NCBI GenBank assembly: GCA_964569215.1
Contig: CAZMUU010000002.1
Coordinates: forward strand, 3,781-33,519
DNA: 29,739 nt
From: an uncultured Cytophagia bacterium
GTDB taxonomy: Bacteria > Zhuqueibacterota > Zhuqueibacteria > Residuimicrobiales > Oceaniaggregativiventaceae
Direction: 5' to 3'
Shown here: in pieces, positions 18,029 through 27,826 of the stretch
How the letters are laid out: every line of letters begins with the position of its first letter
How positions within the stretch are numbered: position 1 is the stretch's first letter
Translations under genes and position numbers: made by a program
The notes under the pieces: model-generated
Database searches by the model: none
Seen by the model: the letters and a program-made list of their open reading frames with translations, nothing else
What the model was told of the DNA's origin: nothing

Positions 18029-19267
18029 TCAGGGCTCAATGTTTTGCATAAAGACATGCAAAAACACCTTGGCGTCATCCAGTGTATTGGAAATGAAGGC
18101 AAATTCATTTGGCTGATGTGCACAATCGGCAATGGTTGACCATACTGCTGTGGGAAAGCCGGCCCGTCTGAAAAAGGCAGCGACTGTTCCGCCGCCGATT
18201 CCAATTGTTTCTGCTTTTGTCTTCTTGATTTCATCAATGGCCTTTTGCAAAGCTTTGACGACAGGTGCATCTTCAGACGTAGACGGCGCAGCTTGTGAGC
18301 GTTGAGGATATGAAATACTGCACTTGACCCCTGTTGTGTGTTCAACCTCTTTAACCATCTCTTTTATTTTCTCTTCAACATCTTGCAATGAATATTGAGG
18401 CAAAATGCGACAATCCAGGTAAAAAATATCTTTGCCGGGTATCGTATTGACATTATCGACATTGCTTTCTCGTTTTGTGGGCTCAAAGGTACTGATCGGT
18501 GGATCAAAGACAGGGTCTTTATCGTCGAATATTTGATGAAGTTTGTCCAGTTCAACGATGAGGCGGGCGGCAGCACGATGGGCATTGATACCCAGTTCGG
18601 GGGTGGATGCATGGCACTGCATGCCCTCGAGCTCAAATTTTACCCATAGAATACTCTTTTCAGCCACCTCGATATATTTGCCTTTCTCGTCACCAGCGTC
18701 CGGCACAAGAATCAGATCGTCCACCTTAAAAATATCGTTGTGATTTTTGAGAATGTAATCAAGACCGAATTTATTTCCGGTCTCCTCATCGGAGACAATT
18801 GCCAATCCAACATTATATTGGGGTTGTACACGATTTTTCTGTAATGCTTTGATGGCCAACAATGCTGAAACAAGTCCCTGATGATTGTCTTCTACTCCGC
18901 GACCAATGATTTTATCATTTTCAACATGTAATTTAAATGGATCCGTATTCCACATTTGCCTGTCACCCGCAGGCACAACATCAAGATGGGCCATGATCCA
19001 AACCGTTTTGGTGTTCACCTTTCCGGGTATTGTGACAATAAAATTTGGCCGGTGACCACTCGGGACCCTATTATCGGGAGCATTGTATTCTTTGATGCCG
19101 GTAATATTCCATTTTTTTAAGAGGGATTTAACATAATCCGCTTTTTCTTTCTCCCCGGCGCCGCCATAATCCGGTCCGATTGCTTTAATGGAGACCAGTT
19201 TATTTTGAATATCGATTACGCTCTCTTTTTCAGCATCTATTGAAGCGAGAAGATCATTTAATGTCAT
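18029..19267 (-). CDS. M20 family metallo-hydrolase (ArgE/DapE-like)
   Basis: Motifs are AHLDVVP, GRGVEDN, DEETG, AEKS, HASTP, NTIPG, GGGT and AHQPNE. Confidence 0.93.
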   Translation of the reverse strand: MTLNDLLASIDAEKESVIDIQNKLVSIKAIGPDYGGAGEKEKADYVKSLLKKWNITGIKEYNAPDNRVPSGHRPNFIVTIPGKVNTKTVWIMAHLDVVPAGDRQMWNTDPFKLHVENDKIIGRGVEDNHQGLVSALLAIKALQKNRVQPQYNVGLAIVSDEETGNKFGLDYILKNHNDIFKVDDLILVPDAGDEKGKYIEVAEKSILWVKFELEGMQCHASTPELGINAHRAAARLIVELDKLHQIFDDKDPVFDPPISTFEPTKRESNVDNVNTIPGKDIFYLDCRILPQYSLQDVEEKIKEMVKEVEHTTGVKCSISYPQRSQAAPSTSEDAPVVKALQKAIDEIKKTKAETIGIGGGTVAAFFRRAGFPTAVWSTIADCAHQPNEFAFISNTLDDAKVFLHVFMQNIEP

Positions 19268-19279
19268 CTATTTTTCCTT

Positions 19280-19984
19280 TTACTGTTTTGATATATTCGA
19301 CAGCCTTGCCGGTGGAACCAGAAATTGTGATAATTCACCTTCATTGAAAATCAGATCGAGAATAGAGAGATTTTCTATAAAACCTTTATACTGCTGATGG
19401 TACAATTTAAAATACGGTTCCTGGATGTAAATATCAAATCCTTTGTCGGTAATTTTTTTTACATCGATCAGATCCTTTTCAAAGGATTCCAGGAGATAAA
19501 TTGTACAACCTGTTGTTTCCAACCAGCGGATGACCCGTTCAGTGCGGTCTTGGACAGACACAAGATCGCTTGATTTTATTATTAATGAAGAGAAATGCAA
19601 AGAACGCATCGAAAATAAACACGTTTGCAGCAACAATTGATCGAGGGAAAGCGATTGTGATAAGAGGTTTTGTATTTGCTCAATATAAAAATAGAAATAA
19701 GGAGCGTTGTGATAATGGTTGTTCAATGTTTTTAGATGCGAGTTTTTCCAGCGATCATTTTTGACAATTTTAACGCGATGAATCAGAGTATCTTTTTGTC
19801 CTTTTGTATAGACCGGAATGGTTAACCAGAGTCTGCCGCAATCGCTCTTTACCGGTGTTCGATTGATTAATGAGTGCTTTTTGAATTTAAATGTATCAGC
19901 AAAAATGACTTTATCTGCGGCAGCTATTTTGCTGCATATTTTAAGGGTTGGAAAGTAGGCTGGTTCGACGACTGTGAGTTTCAT
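19280..19984 (-). CDS. WbqC-like family protein
   Basis: Motifs are EPAYFP, NRTPVK...WLTIPV, HYHNAPYF, YHQQY.GF and NLSILDLIFNEG. Confidence 0.88.
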   Translation of the reverse strand: MKLTVVEPAYFPTLKICSKIAAADKVIFADTFKFKKHSLINRTPVKSDCGRLWLTIPVYTKGQKDTLIHRVKIVKNDRWKNSHLKTLNNHYHNAPYFYFYIEQIQNLLSQSLSLDQLLLQTCLFSMRSLHFSSLIIKSSDLVSVQDRTERVIRWLETTGCTIYLLESFEKDLIDVKKITDKGFDIYIQEPYFKLYHQQYKGFIENLSILDLIFNEGELSQFLVPPARLSNISKQ

Positions 19985-21114
19985 AGCAAGCGTTGATACA
20001 GTGTGAGCAATTTTTTTTCTTCATGCTTCCAATTAAAATTGCGGAAAACAAAATCGTGTCCATTGCTTCCGAGAGTGGAACTCAAATGTTCGTCGTCCAA
20101 AAGCATGACCACTTTTTGATACAAATCATCGGGATCCGTTGGGTCGAACATTATTCCTGCACCAGAGTCGCTGATTATCCTTTCAAGACTCGGCAATCGA
20201 CTGGCCACCACCGGAAGCTTGCAAGCCATATACTCAAAAATTTTATTGGGTGCGAACATTTTCATGGTATGTTTCTGCGGTAGAAAGGGAGCCAATCCAA
20301 TCCGCGACGAGAAAAGATGGTTTGGGACTTGCGGGTGTGGAACCGGGGGTAAAAACTCTATCTGTGTCGAAAGGTTGTATTTTTGGATCCATTTCAGAGT
20401 GTTTGTCTTTACATGTTGTTCGCTAAAGGTTCCCAGACATACGAGCTTGATATGAGGATGACTTTGCGCAAGCCTGGTCATCATCTGTATCAATGTTTGG
20501 ATGCCCCGTGCTTGTGACAAATTGCCCAGATAGATTATCTTGTTCTCTCTGGCAATTGCTTTATAATTTTCATTCTGAAATATCTCCAACCGGGGAAAGT
20601 TTTGTACCAAAACCGTGAGGCACTTTTTGCGTTCAAAACGGGGCTGTTGATCCGGGACCACACATACCACTGCATCGAGGCATTTTGCCAGCGAGGGTTC
20701 GAAAAAAGCAATTGATTTTGACAGAACCGGCTTGAACCATTGCGGATACCAGGTCCGTTCATAGGCCACTTCAGGATAGTTTTCGTGGCAGTCGTAGATC
20801 ACCGGTTTTCTCATAATGTGTTTCAAGGCACATCCAACCGGTAACAGCTCCGGATCATGAAAGTGATAAAGATCTGCTTTTTCGCGAACGCAATGGGAGA
20901 ACATTTTAAATACGCTTAAAAATCGCCAGAGCCGGTGTTTCCCTCTTTTTATTTCTTTTATCTTGATCCCGTCACCAGGGTTTTTATGGATTTTGCCGGC
21001 CACCAGCAGAACAACATTGTAATCCGCTTCACAGAGAGAGCGTGCCTGCCGGTGGTATATTCTGACATCAAAAGGGGGATGGGCGGTTGTAAATATACAT
21101 ATTTTTTTATGCAT
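19981..21114 (-). CDS. Glycosyltransferase family 4 protein
   Basis: Motifs are HPPFDVRIY, YHFHDPEL, YDCHENYP, YLGNLSQARG and PNKIFEYMACKLPVVAS. Its stop overlaps the WbqC start (ATGA). Confidence 0.93.
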   Translation of the reverse strand: MHKKICIFTTAHPPFDVRIYHRQARSLCEADYNVVLLVAGKIHKNPGDGIKIKEIKRGKHRLWRFLSVFKMFSHCVREKADLYHFHDPELLPVGCALKHIMRKPVIYDCHENYPEVAYERTWYPQWFKPVLSKSIAFFEPSLAKCLDAVVCVVPDQQPRFERKKCLTVLVQNFPRLEIFQNENYKAIARENKIIYLGNLSQARGIQTLIQMMTRLAQSHPHIKLVCLGTFSEQHVKTNTLKWIQKYNLSTQIEFLPPVPHPQVPNHLFSSRIGLAPFLPQKHTMKMFAPNKIFEYMACKLPVVASRLPSLERIISDSGAGIMFDPTDPDDLYQKVVMLLDDEHLSSTLGSNGHDFVFRNFNWKHEEKKLLTLYQRLL

Positions 21115-21149
21115 TTGAGGCTACCCGGCCAATCCGGAAATATAATCCT

Positions 21150-23318
21150 TTATGATTCGAAAAGCATGCTGAGACCAATTCTGCCTCTTTCCTTGTCAAT
21201 ATTGATGATTCTCACCGTAACGATATCACCCACTGAAACAATATCCAGCGGATGTTTAATATATTTCTTTGACAGTTGACTAATATGGACAAGGCCATCC
21301 TGCTTGACACCTATATCGACGAATATGCCGAAATCGACGACATTGCGTACCGTTCCCTTTAAAATCATTTCAGGCGCGAGATCATCCATGCTCAGGACAT
21401 CGTTTCTTAAGATGGGTTTCGGCATTTCGTCGCGGGGATCTCTGTTGGGTTTTTCCAGGCTGTCGATGATATCCATCAGGGTCTCAATGCCACAGCCACA
21501 AACTTGCGTCAATGTTTGCATGGAAATTTTTTTGCTTTCGATTTTTTCCCTGACAATGGAACCCCGGGCTCTGACATCTTTAATTTCGAGCCCTAAATGA
21601 TGAAGCAATCTCTCGGTTGAACTGTATGATTCCGGATGTACGGCAGTGGAGTCGAAAAAAATGTCGCTGTTAGGGATTCTCATAAAGCCTGCTGACTGGG
21701 TAAAGGCGTTTGTTCCCAATCCTTTTATGCTTTGCAATTGCTGGCGGTTGATAAAAGGACCGTTTTGTTCCCGATATTCAACAATGCGATCAGCCACTTG
21801 CTTGTTGATTCCTGCAATATATTTCAGCAAGGACGCAGAGGCAGTATTGACGTCCACGCCCACCTGATTCACAGAGGATTCCACCACGTGATCAAGGGTT
21901 TCTGCAAGTTTGTTTTGATCTACATCGTGTTGATACAAGCCCACCCCGATGGATTTGGGATCTATTTTGACCAGTTCGGAAAGCGGATCGAGCAAACGCC
22001 GTGCAATTGAAATGTTCCCTCGCATGGAGGCGTCCAATTGCGGAAATTCTTTTTTGGCGACCGGGGAGGCGGAGTAAACAGATGCTCCGGCCTCGTTGAC
22101 AATAGTATAATGGCACTCGATTTCCAGTTCCGCCAGGATTTCAGCCACAAGTTTTTCTGTTTCACGGCTGGCGGTTCCATTGCCAACGGCGACAATTTTT
22201 ATATTAAAAGCTTGAATAAATTCGGTTATTGTCTCTTTTGCTTCCTGCCAGCGACTCTGGGGGGGATGGGGAAATATCGTATCTCCCTGAAGATATTTTC
22301 CGGTGGGATCGATAACCGCCACTTTACAGCCGGTGCGATATCCGGGATCAATCCCCATGATGTAATTGTTACGCATCGGTGGTGTCATTAAAAGGGCATA
22401 CAGATTTTTAGCAAAGACCTGGATGGCGTGATCGTCTGCGCGTTCTGTCAACAATTTGCGAATTTCGCGTTCAATGGCGGGTGCAATTAAACGGCGATAG
22501 GCGTCCGCAATGGCTGCAATGAGCAGGTCGGTAAAAATACTTTCATTGTTGGTAATATAAAGATCGCGGATGTGTCCGTTCATTTCTTTTTCCGACGCAT
22601 CAATGCTGACCTGTAAGAAATGTTCACGTTCTCCGCGATTAATGGCCAGTATACGATGGGGGGGAACGGTTTTCACCGGTTCGGAAAATTCTTTATATAT
22701 TTCATAATCCTGACAGTTCGCCGGTTCTTTTGCTTTTGAAGATAAAAATCCGCCCGCAAGGGTTGCTTTGCGGATGATTTTTCTGATCTGTGCATCCTCG
22801 GAAATAATTTCTGCAACAATATCACTGGCTCCGGCCAGGGCCTGTTCGGCGGATTCAACCCCTTTTTCGGCGTTTATAAAGGTTTCGGCATATTCGCCGG
22901 GATCTCCTTTTATAATTTCCTCTTTCAATATGAGGTCTGCTAGGGGCTCCAGGCCTTTTTCCCGGGCGATAATTCCCCGGGTACGCCGTTTTGGCTTGTA
23001 GGGCAAGTAGAGATCTTCAACCTCCTGCAACCTGGTTGCCGATTTAATTTGGGATTCAAGCTCCGGGGTGAGTTTGCCTTGTTCGGCAATACTCTTCAAC
23101 ACCGTCGCTTTGCGCTCTTCCATATGACGAATGTATCGGATCCGATCCCATATAGCCCGTATCTGGTCCTCATTCAATGAACCGGTAACTTCTTTTCGAT
23201 ACCTGGCAATAAAGGGGACAGTGTTATCCTTGTCCAATAGATCGATAGTGTTTTGTACCTGATGTTTACCCAGGTCGAGTTCTGCAGCGATCTGTTCAAC
23301 GATTTCATGTGGTTCCAC
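21150..23318 (-). CDS. tex: Tex family RNA-binding transcriptional accessory protein (S1 domain)
   Basis: Motifs are TVPFIARYRKE, EDLYLPYKPKRRT, GIDPGYRTGCK, GNGTASRET, VNEAGASVYSAS and DPKSIGVGLYQHDV, with a C-terminal S1 domain. The start is GTG with AAGGA upstream. Confidence 0.97.
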   Translation of the reverse strand: MEPHEIVEQIAAELDLGKHQVQNTIDLLDKDNTVPFIARYRKEVTGSLNEDQIRAIWDRIRYIRHMEERKATVLKSIAEQGKLTPELESQIKSATRLQEVEDLYLPYKPKRRTRGIIAREKGLEPLADLILKEEIIKGDPGEYAETFINAEKGVESAEQALAGASDIVAEIISEDAQIRKIIRKATLAGGFLSSKAKEPANCQDYEIYKEFSEPVKTVPPHRILAINRGEREHFLQVSIDASEKEMNGHIRDLYITNNESIFTDLLIAAIADAYRRLIAPAIEREIRKLLTERADDHAIQVFAKNLYALLMTPPMRNNYIMGIDPGYRTGCKVAVIDPTGKYLQGDTIFPHPPQSRWQEAKETITEFIQAFNIKIVAVGNGTASRETEKLVAEILAELEIECHYTIVNEAGASVYSASPVAKKEFPQLDASMRGNISIARRLLDPLSELVKIDPKSIGVGLYQHDVDQNKLAETLDHVVESSVNQVGVDVNTASASLLKYIAGINKQVADRIVEYREQNGPFINRQQLQSIKGLGTNAFTQSAGFMRIPNSDIFFDSTAVHPESYSSTERLLHHLGLEIKDVRARGSIVREKIESKKISMQTLTQVCGCGIETLMDIIDSLEKPNRDPRDEMPKPILRNDVLSMDDLAPEMILKGTVRNVVDFGIFVDIGVKQDGLVHISQLSKKYIKHPLDIVSVGDIVTVRIINIDKERGRIGLSMLFES

Positions 23319-23356
23319 GGTATATCCTTATTATTGGTTGATTTGAAATAGTATAA

Positions 23357-23385
23357 AATATAATTGGACGGAAAGAGAAAATCAA
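23357..23385 (-). promoter_or_regulatory. Sigma70-type promoter for the tex operon
   Basis: On the minus strand the sequence reads TTGATT-N17-TATATT. Confidence 0.55.
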
Positions 23386-23482
23386 GCGCTTTTCCTGAAG
23401 GTGACAAAAAATTCATTGTCTTCAAGTATGAAATCTTGTATTTTATATTCAACAGTATCCTAATACTTTGAGCAGGTGATAA

Positions 23483-25150
23483 ATGAACCCAAAGCGATTT
23501 ATATTCTTCATATTGTTGTTACTCGGCTGCAACAATGAGCCGGCGAGGCTGATTATTTTCAACGCAAAGGTGTGGACCGTTGACCGGAAAAACCCTGTGG
23601 CTGAGGCGGTTGTTGTTCAAGGCAACCGCATTGAATATGTCGGATCTTCAGATAGTGCTCTGACTTTTAAAAATGGCAACAGCCGGATTTTAGATGCCGG
23701 ACAACGCCTGATGCTGCCGGGTTTTAATGATGCGCATTTACATTTCCTCAGCGGAGGAATGCAAATGATGAATATAAATATGATTTCCTGTAAAACCCTC
23801 GCCGAAATACAGCGCAGAATAGCTGAAAAGGCGGCAGAACTCGGCAAAAATAAATGGATTACCGGCAGGGGATGGGATCATACGGTCTTTAATAAGGGGA
23901 TTTGGCCTCACAGAGGAATGATCGACAGTGTTTCATCAGATAACCCTGTTTTCATCAGAAGAGTGGATGGTCATGTTGGATGGGCAAACACATCTGCGAT
24001 CAAAGCAGCTGGAATTAATGACAAAACGATATCCCCTGAAGGGGGTGAAATTCTCAGAGATGAAAACGGCGTTCCAACCGGGATTTTTAAGGAATCTGCA
24101 ATGTCCCTGATTGAACGCGTTATCCCACCCCCGGATGAATCACAGAAATTGCTTGCTATTCGCAATGCTCTGGAACGTGCACGTAAACTCGGCATAACCT
24201 CCGTACAGGACAATTCCGGAATTTATACCATCGAATTATATAACAAGTTGGATGAAATAAACGAGCTGACGCTCAGAATATCCGAGTGGATGGATTTTGA
24301 TTTGCTGCAAAAACCGGATTCACTGCTGAAAATGATACAGTATTACGAGCCCTTTTGCCGCAATAATATACTGCGCCTGGGGTTGTTAAAAGGATTTGTG
24401 GATGGAACGCTGGGATCTCGTACCGCATTGCTCTTTGAACCTTATAGCGACGATCGCTTTACCACCGGATTGCCACAATACAGCGAAGAAGAGCTCACCA
24501 AAATGATTTGCCGTGCTGAGAGTTTGAAATTACAAGTTGGATTACATGCCATTGGAACCCGGGCCTGCTGGATGGCGCTCAATGGTTTTTCGCTTGCCAA
24601 AGAACAATATGGTTTGCGCGACAGCCGGCATCGTCTTGAACATGCCCAGGTTCTGTCGCCTGAAGATATTAAACGGATTGGTGAGTTGAACGTGGTGGCA
24701 TCCATGCAACCCACGCACTGTACCTCTGACCTGAGATGGGCATACGAACGCCTCGGGCGACGATGCGAAGGGGCCTATGCCTGGAAGCAGATTTTGCAAA
24801 ACAAGGGCAAGATTGCATTTGGTACGGATTGGCCTGTAGAGCCGCTTGATCCCATGCGTGGACTCTATTCAGCGGTGACGCGTAAAAATATTGACACGAA
24901 TCTACCAATCGGTGGCTGGTATCCGGATGAGCGGTTAAGTATTGAACAGGCGATAGAATTGTATACTTTGGGGTCGGCTTTTGCCGAATTTCAGGAGCAC
25001 ATAAAGGGCAGTATTGAGCAGGACAAGCTGGCAGATCTGATTTTGTTATCAAAAAACATTCTGTCCGCTCCACCGGCTGATATTCTAACAACCAGAGTGG
25101 AATTAACGGTTTTTGATGGTGAAATTGTGTATCGGTCTCCTTTTTTGTAA
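23483..25150 (+). CDS. Amidohydrolase (Amidohydro_3/YtcJ-like), predicted lipoprotein
   Basis: It has a lipobox (LLLGC) and the motifs PGFNDAHLH, RVDGHVGWAN, KGFVDGTLGSRTA, HAIG, RLEHAQ, SMQPTH and FGTDWPV. Confidence 0.93.
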   Translation: MNPKRFIFFILLLLGCNNEPARLIIFNAKVWTVDRKNPVAEAVVVQGNRIEYVGSSDSALTFKNGNSRILDAGQRLMLPGFNDAHLHFLSGGMQMMNINMISCKTLAEIQRRIAEKAAELGKNKWITGRGWDHTVFNKGIWPHRGMIDSVSSDNPVFIRRVDGHVGWANTSAIKAAGINDKTISPEGGEILRDENGVPTGIFKESAMSLIERVIPPPDESQKLLAIRNALERARKLGITSVQDNSGIYTIELYNKLDEINELTLRISEWMDFDLLQKPDSLLKMIQYYEPFCRNNILRLGLLKGFVDGTLGSRTALLFEPYSDDRFTTGLPQYSEEELTKMICRAESLKLQVGLHAIGTRACWMALNGFSLAKEQYGLRDSRHRLEHAQVLSPEDIKRIGELNVVASMQPTHCTSDLRWAYERLGRRCEGAYAWKQILQNKGKIAFGTDWPVEPLDPMRGLYSAVTRKNIDTNLPIGGWYPDERLSIEQAIELYTLGSAFAEFQEHIKGSIEQDKLADLILLSKNILSAPPADILTTRVELTVFDGEIVYRSPFL

Positions 25151-25167
25151 AGAATGGTTTTTATGAT

Positions 25168-26601
25168 TTACATTCTGATCAGTTGAGCAACCACTTCAAC
25201 ATGAGCTGTATGGGGAAACATATCAACTGGTTTTATTTTTTGTAAATGATATTTTCCCCGGCAAATTATTGCCGCATCCCTTGCCAGCGATGCCGGATTA
25301 CAGGATACATACACGATCCGGTCGGGATTCAGTTCGAGGACGGTTTCCAGCGTATCCGGATGCATCCCTGCGCGGGGAGGGTCGATGATCATTACATGCG
25401 GCCGGCCATAATTTTTGGTCATTTGTGTATGCGTATGTTTTAAATTTTTGAGATCCATTTCTACAAATCTACAGTTGGAAATATTATTTCTGGTTTGATT
25501 TCTTTCCGCATCCCGAATTGCATCCGCAACCGATTCAAATCCAATGACCTTTTTCGCATGAGGGCTGAGATAGAGTGAGATGGTTCCCGCACCGCAATAT
25601 AAATCATAAACCGTTTCGTTACCTTTTAATTCCGCATAATCGACGACAATATCATATAGATTTTTTGCCTGTTTACTGTTTGTTTGAAAAAAAGAGTTAG
25701 CGGATATTTCAAATTCAAATCCATCCAAGCATTCGACAATGGTTTTTTCACCAGCCAGAAGATAGTCCTCCTCAGAAAAAGAGACGCTGGATTTGCTCTT
25801 TGTTGTACTGAACAGTAGAGTGGTAATATAGGGAAAGGTCTTCTGCATCATGGCTTTGAACTGCTGTGCAATATCTTTATCATATTCCCGGGTGACCAGG
25901 TTGACCATGAAATCTTTACGAAATTTGCTTTGCCTGATGACCAGAAAGCGCCAAAAGCCGCTGTGATCGCTTGTACTGTAGGCTTGCTTTGACGGATATG
26001 AACGGGCGAAATATCTGACAGCCGATAAGATGTCGTTTGTTTTTTCATCCTGTAGATAGCAGCTTTGAATGTCGATAACTTTTTCATAAAAGTTCTTTGC
26101 ATGCAATCCCAGAAAGAGTCCCTCTTTATTCAGCTTGGTATTGGATGCGATCTCTGTAGCGTCGAGCCAGCGGAATCGGGAGAAAGAAAAATCCATCTTG
26201 TTTCGATAAAAATATAGATCCGGTGAGGGGACGATGCTTTCGGTGTGAAAATCATCGATCTGGCCTATACGATGTAAAATGTCAACAACTTGTTTTTGTT
26301 TTGATTCGAGCTGTGTTTGATAAGTCAAATGTTGCAGACGACATCCACCACATTGACCAAAGTGCTTGCATTTGGGCTCCGTGTAGACGGGGGATTGCTG
26401 AAGAATTTCTAGAATACGGGCATTGGTGTATTTTTTTCTTTTTTTGATGATTCGTCCTTTAAGACGCTGTCCGGGGAGCCCACCTTCAACAAAAATGACA
26501 AAATCATTCAGGCGTGCAATCCCCTCGCCGCCAAAGGCCAATTCCTCGATAACCAATTCCAGCTCCGCTCCCTTTTTAGGTGTCTCGGTCGGTTGATTCA
26601 T
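25168..26601 (-). CDS. rlmD: 23S rRNA (uracil-C5)-methyltransferase, TRAM + Fe-S + SAM domains
   Basis: It has an N-terminal TRAM domain and the motifs CKHFGQCGGC, YRNKM, SFFQTN, DLYCGAGTI, IDPPRAG, YVSCNP and DMFPHTAHVE. Confidence 0.93.
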   Translation of the reverse strand: MNQPTETPKKGAELELVIEELAFGGEGIARLNDFVIFVEGGLPGQRLKGRIIKKRKKYTNARILEILQQSPVYTEPKCKHFGQCGGCRLQHLTYQTQLESKQKQVVDILHRIGQIDDFHTESIVPSPDLYFYRNKMDFSFSRFRWLDATEIASNTKLNKEGLFLGLHAKNFYEKVIDIQSCYLQDEKTNDILSAVRYFARSYPSKQAYSTSDHSGFWRFLVIRQSKFRKDFMVNLVTREYDKDIAQQFKAMMQKTFPYITTLLFSTTKSKSSVSFSEEDYLLAGEKTIVECLDGFEFEISANSFFQTNSKQAKNLYDIVVDYAELKGNETVYDLYCGAGTISLYLSPHAKKVIGFESVADAIRDAERNQTRNNISNCRFVEMDLKNLKHTHTQMTKNYGRPHVMIIDPPRAGMHPDTLETVLELNPDRIVYVSCNPASLARDAAIICRGKYHLQKIKPVDMFPHTAHVEVVAQLIRM

Positions 26602-27137
26602 TCCAATATTCTCCTGGCACCAATGAACAGCGATGAATAGGGTCGCTCTTTTAGATTATTCAGGCTAACGCCTTTGCTTACAGAAGCATGCAGAAAAAAA
26701 TGATCTTTAATATATATGCCAACATGATCGGGTAAGCGGCTGTTTCGATTTTTAAAGTTAAAAAAGACCAAATCACCAAAAACCAGGTTCGTTTTAGAAA
26801 CCGCTTTACCCTCTTTGTAAAGCAGACGAGTGTTATGGGGAAGTGCTATACCGACAGCCGCCCGGTATATCGATGTAACGAGTCCGGAGCAATCTGTTCC
26901 TTCAGGTGATGCCCCCCCCCAGACATAGGGTGTTTTCCAGAAACGGCGGATTTCTCGCCTGAATTGATTCAGAATATTTTTCCCAATTTTTTCGGCCCTA
27001 TCCGTCGATGCGTATCTATTGCTTCTTGCAGAATGTATCTCCCCCTCAATGCCGGCTGATTGTTGCCGCCCCTGGTTGTGATAGGCGCAGGAGAAGAGGA
27101 CGACAGATAGTGTGATTATGGCTAGAATGGGTTTCAT
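26598..27137 (-). CDS. NlpC/P60 (C40) cell-wall peptidase, predicted lipoprotein
   Basis: It has a lipobox (VLFSC) and the motifs PYVWGG, DCSG (catalytic Cys), GDLVFF, HVGIY and FLHAS. Confidence 0.95.
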   Translation of the reverse strand: MKPILAIITLSVVLFSCAYHNQGRQQSAGIEGEIHSARSNRYASTDRAEKIGKNILNQFRREIRRFWKTPYVWGGASPEGTDCSGLVTSIYRAAVGIALPHNTRLLYKEGKAVSKTNLVFGDLVFFNFKNRNSRLPDHVGIYIKDHFFLHASVSKGVSLNNLKERPYSSLFIGARRILE

Positions 27138-27245
27138 ATATTTCTTTCATTGTTCAAGTAAAAATATAAATAGACGGAAACTTATTCAAGAAAAATTTCG
27201 TTACATTTACAGTATTAAATTTTTATCAATATTTCTATATTTTTC

Positions 27246-27274
27246 TTGATTTTTGCTCCATCAGGCGATACATT
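27246..27274 (+). promoter_or_regulatory. Sigma70-type promoter upstream of the orphan gene
   Basis: The sequence reads TTGATT-N17-TACATT. Confidence 0.5.
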
Positions 27275-27306
27275 TTAAAAACCATGTTTTTTACAAGAGT
27301 TTATGA

Positions 27307-27672
27307 ATGGCTAATTCCAATTCCAGCGCCCTCGCTATCAAGATTGCCCTCGGATTTGCATTTTTATTGACATTGTATGTCGTGGTACAAAAGCATCAAG
27401 GCTTTTCACCCAGGGATGAATATTTTTATTATGATACCAATCCGGACAATGATGAATTTATAAAGGGAAATCTTGATCGGGATCAGCTCTTATTATTGGA
27501 TAAGATTCTGATGACGGAAAAGAAGCTACGAACGCATCCCTTGTCGGCCCAACAGGTGCAATCCATTGCAAAAAATGACCCAGCAGTTATTGCCGCATAT
27601 GAAAGATGGTGTAAATGTTACGACATGATTCGCAGTTCAACTCATGTCGTCTATCCGGATGAAAGATTATAG
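27307..27672 (+). CDS. Hypothetical protein with an N-terminal membrane anchor
   Basis: This 121-codon ORF occupies the gap between flanking genes, has an upstream promoter-like site and carries a hydrophobic segment (LAIKIALGFAFLLTLYVVV). Confidence 0.65.
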   Translation: MANSNSSALAIKIALGFAFLLTLYVVVQKHQGFSPRDEYFYYDTNPDNDEFIKGNLDRDQLLLLDKILMTEKKLRTHPLSAQQVQSIAKNDPAVIAAYERWCKCYDMIRSSTHVVYPDERL

Positions 27673-27688
27673 TAAAACACCGTGATGT

Positions 27689-27705
27689 TTGGCAAACCAT
27701 TTGCA
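27689..27705 (+). promoter_or_regulatory. Candidate sigma-54 (-24/-12) promoter
   Basis: TTGGCAAACCATTTGCA has exact GG-N10-GC spacing with TGGCA and TTGCA cores. Confidence 0.4.
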
Positions 27706-27826
27706 CATTCCCATAGAACTCTTTCAAATTAATTGCTACAAGCATAATATTATCAAGGTGTTTTCCCTTATCGGGGGCGTGCATTCTGTCCCATTTTTGT
27801 CTCATTACTCATGGAGGAATATCAAT

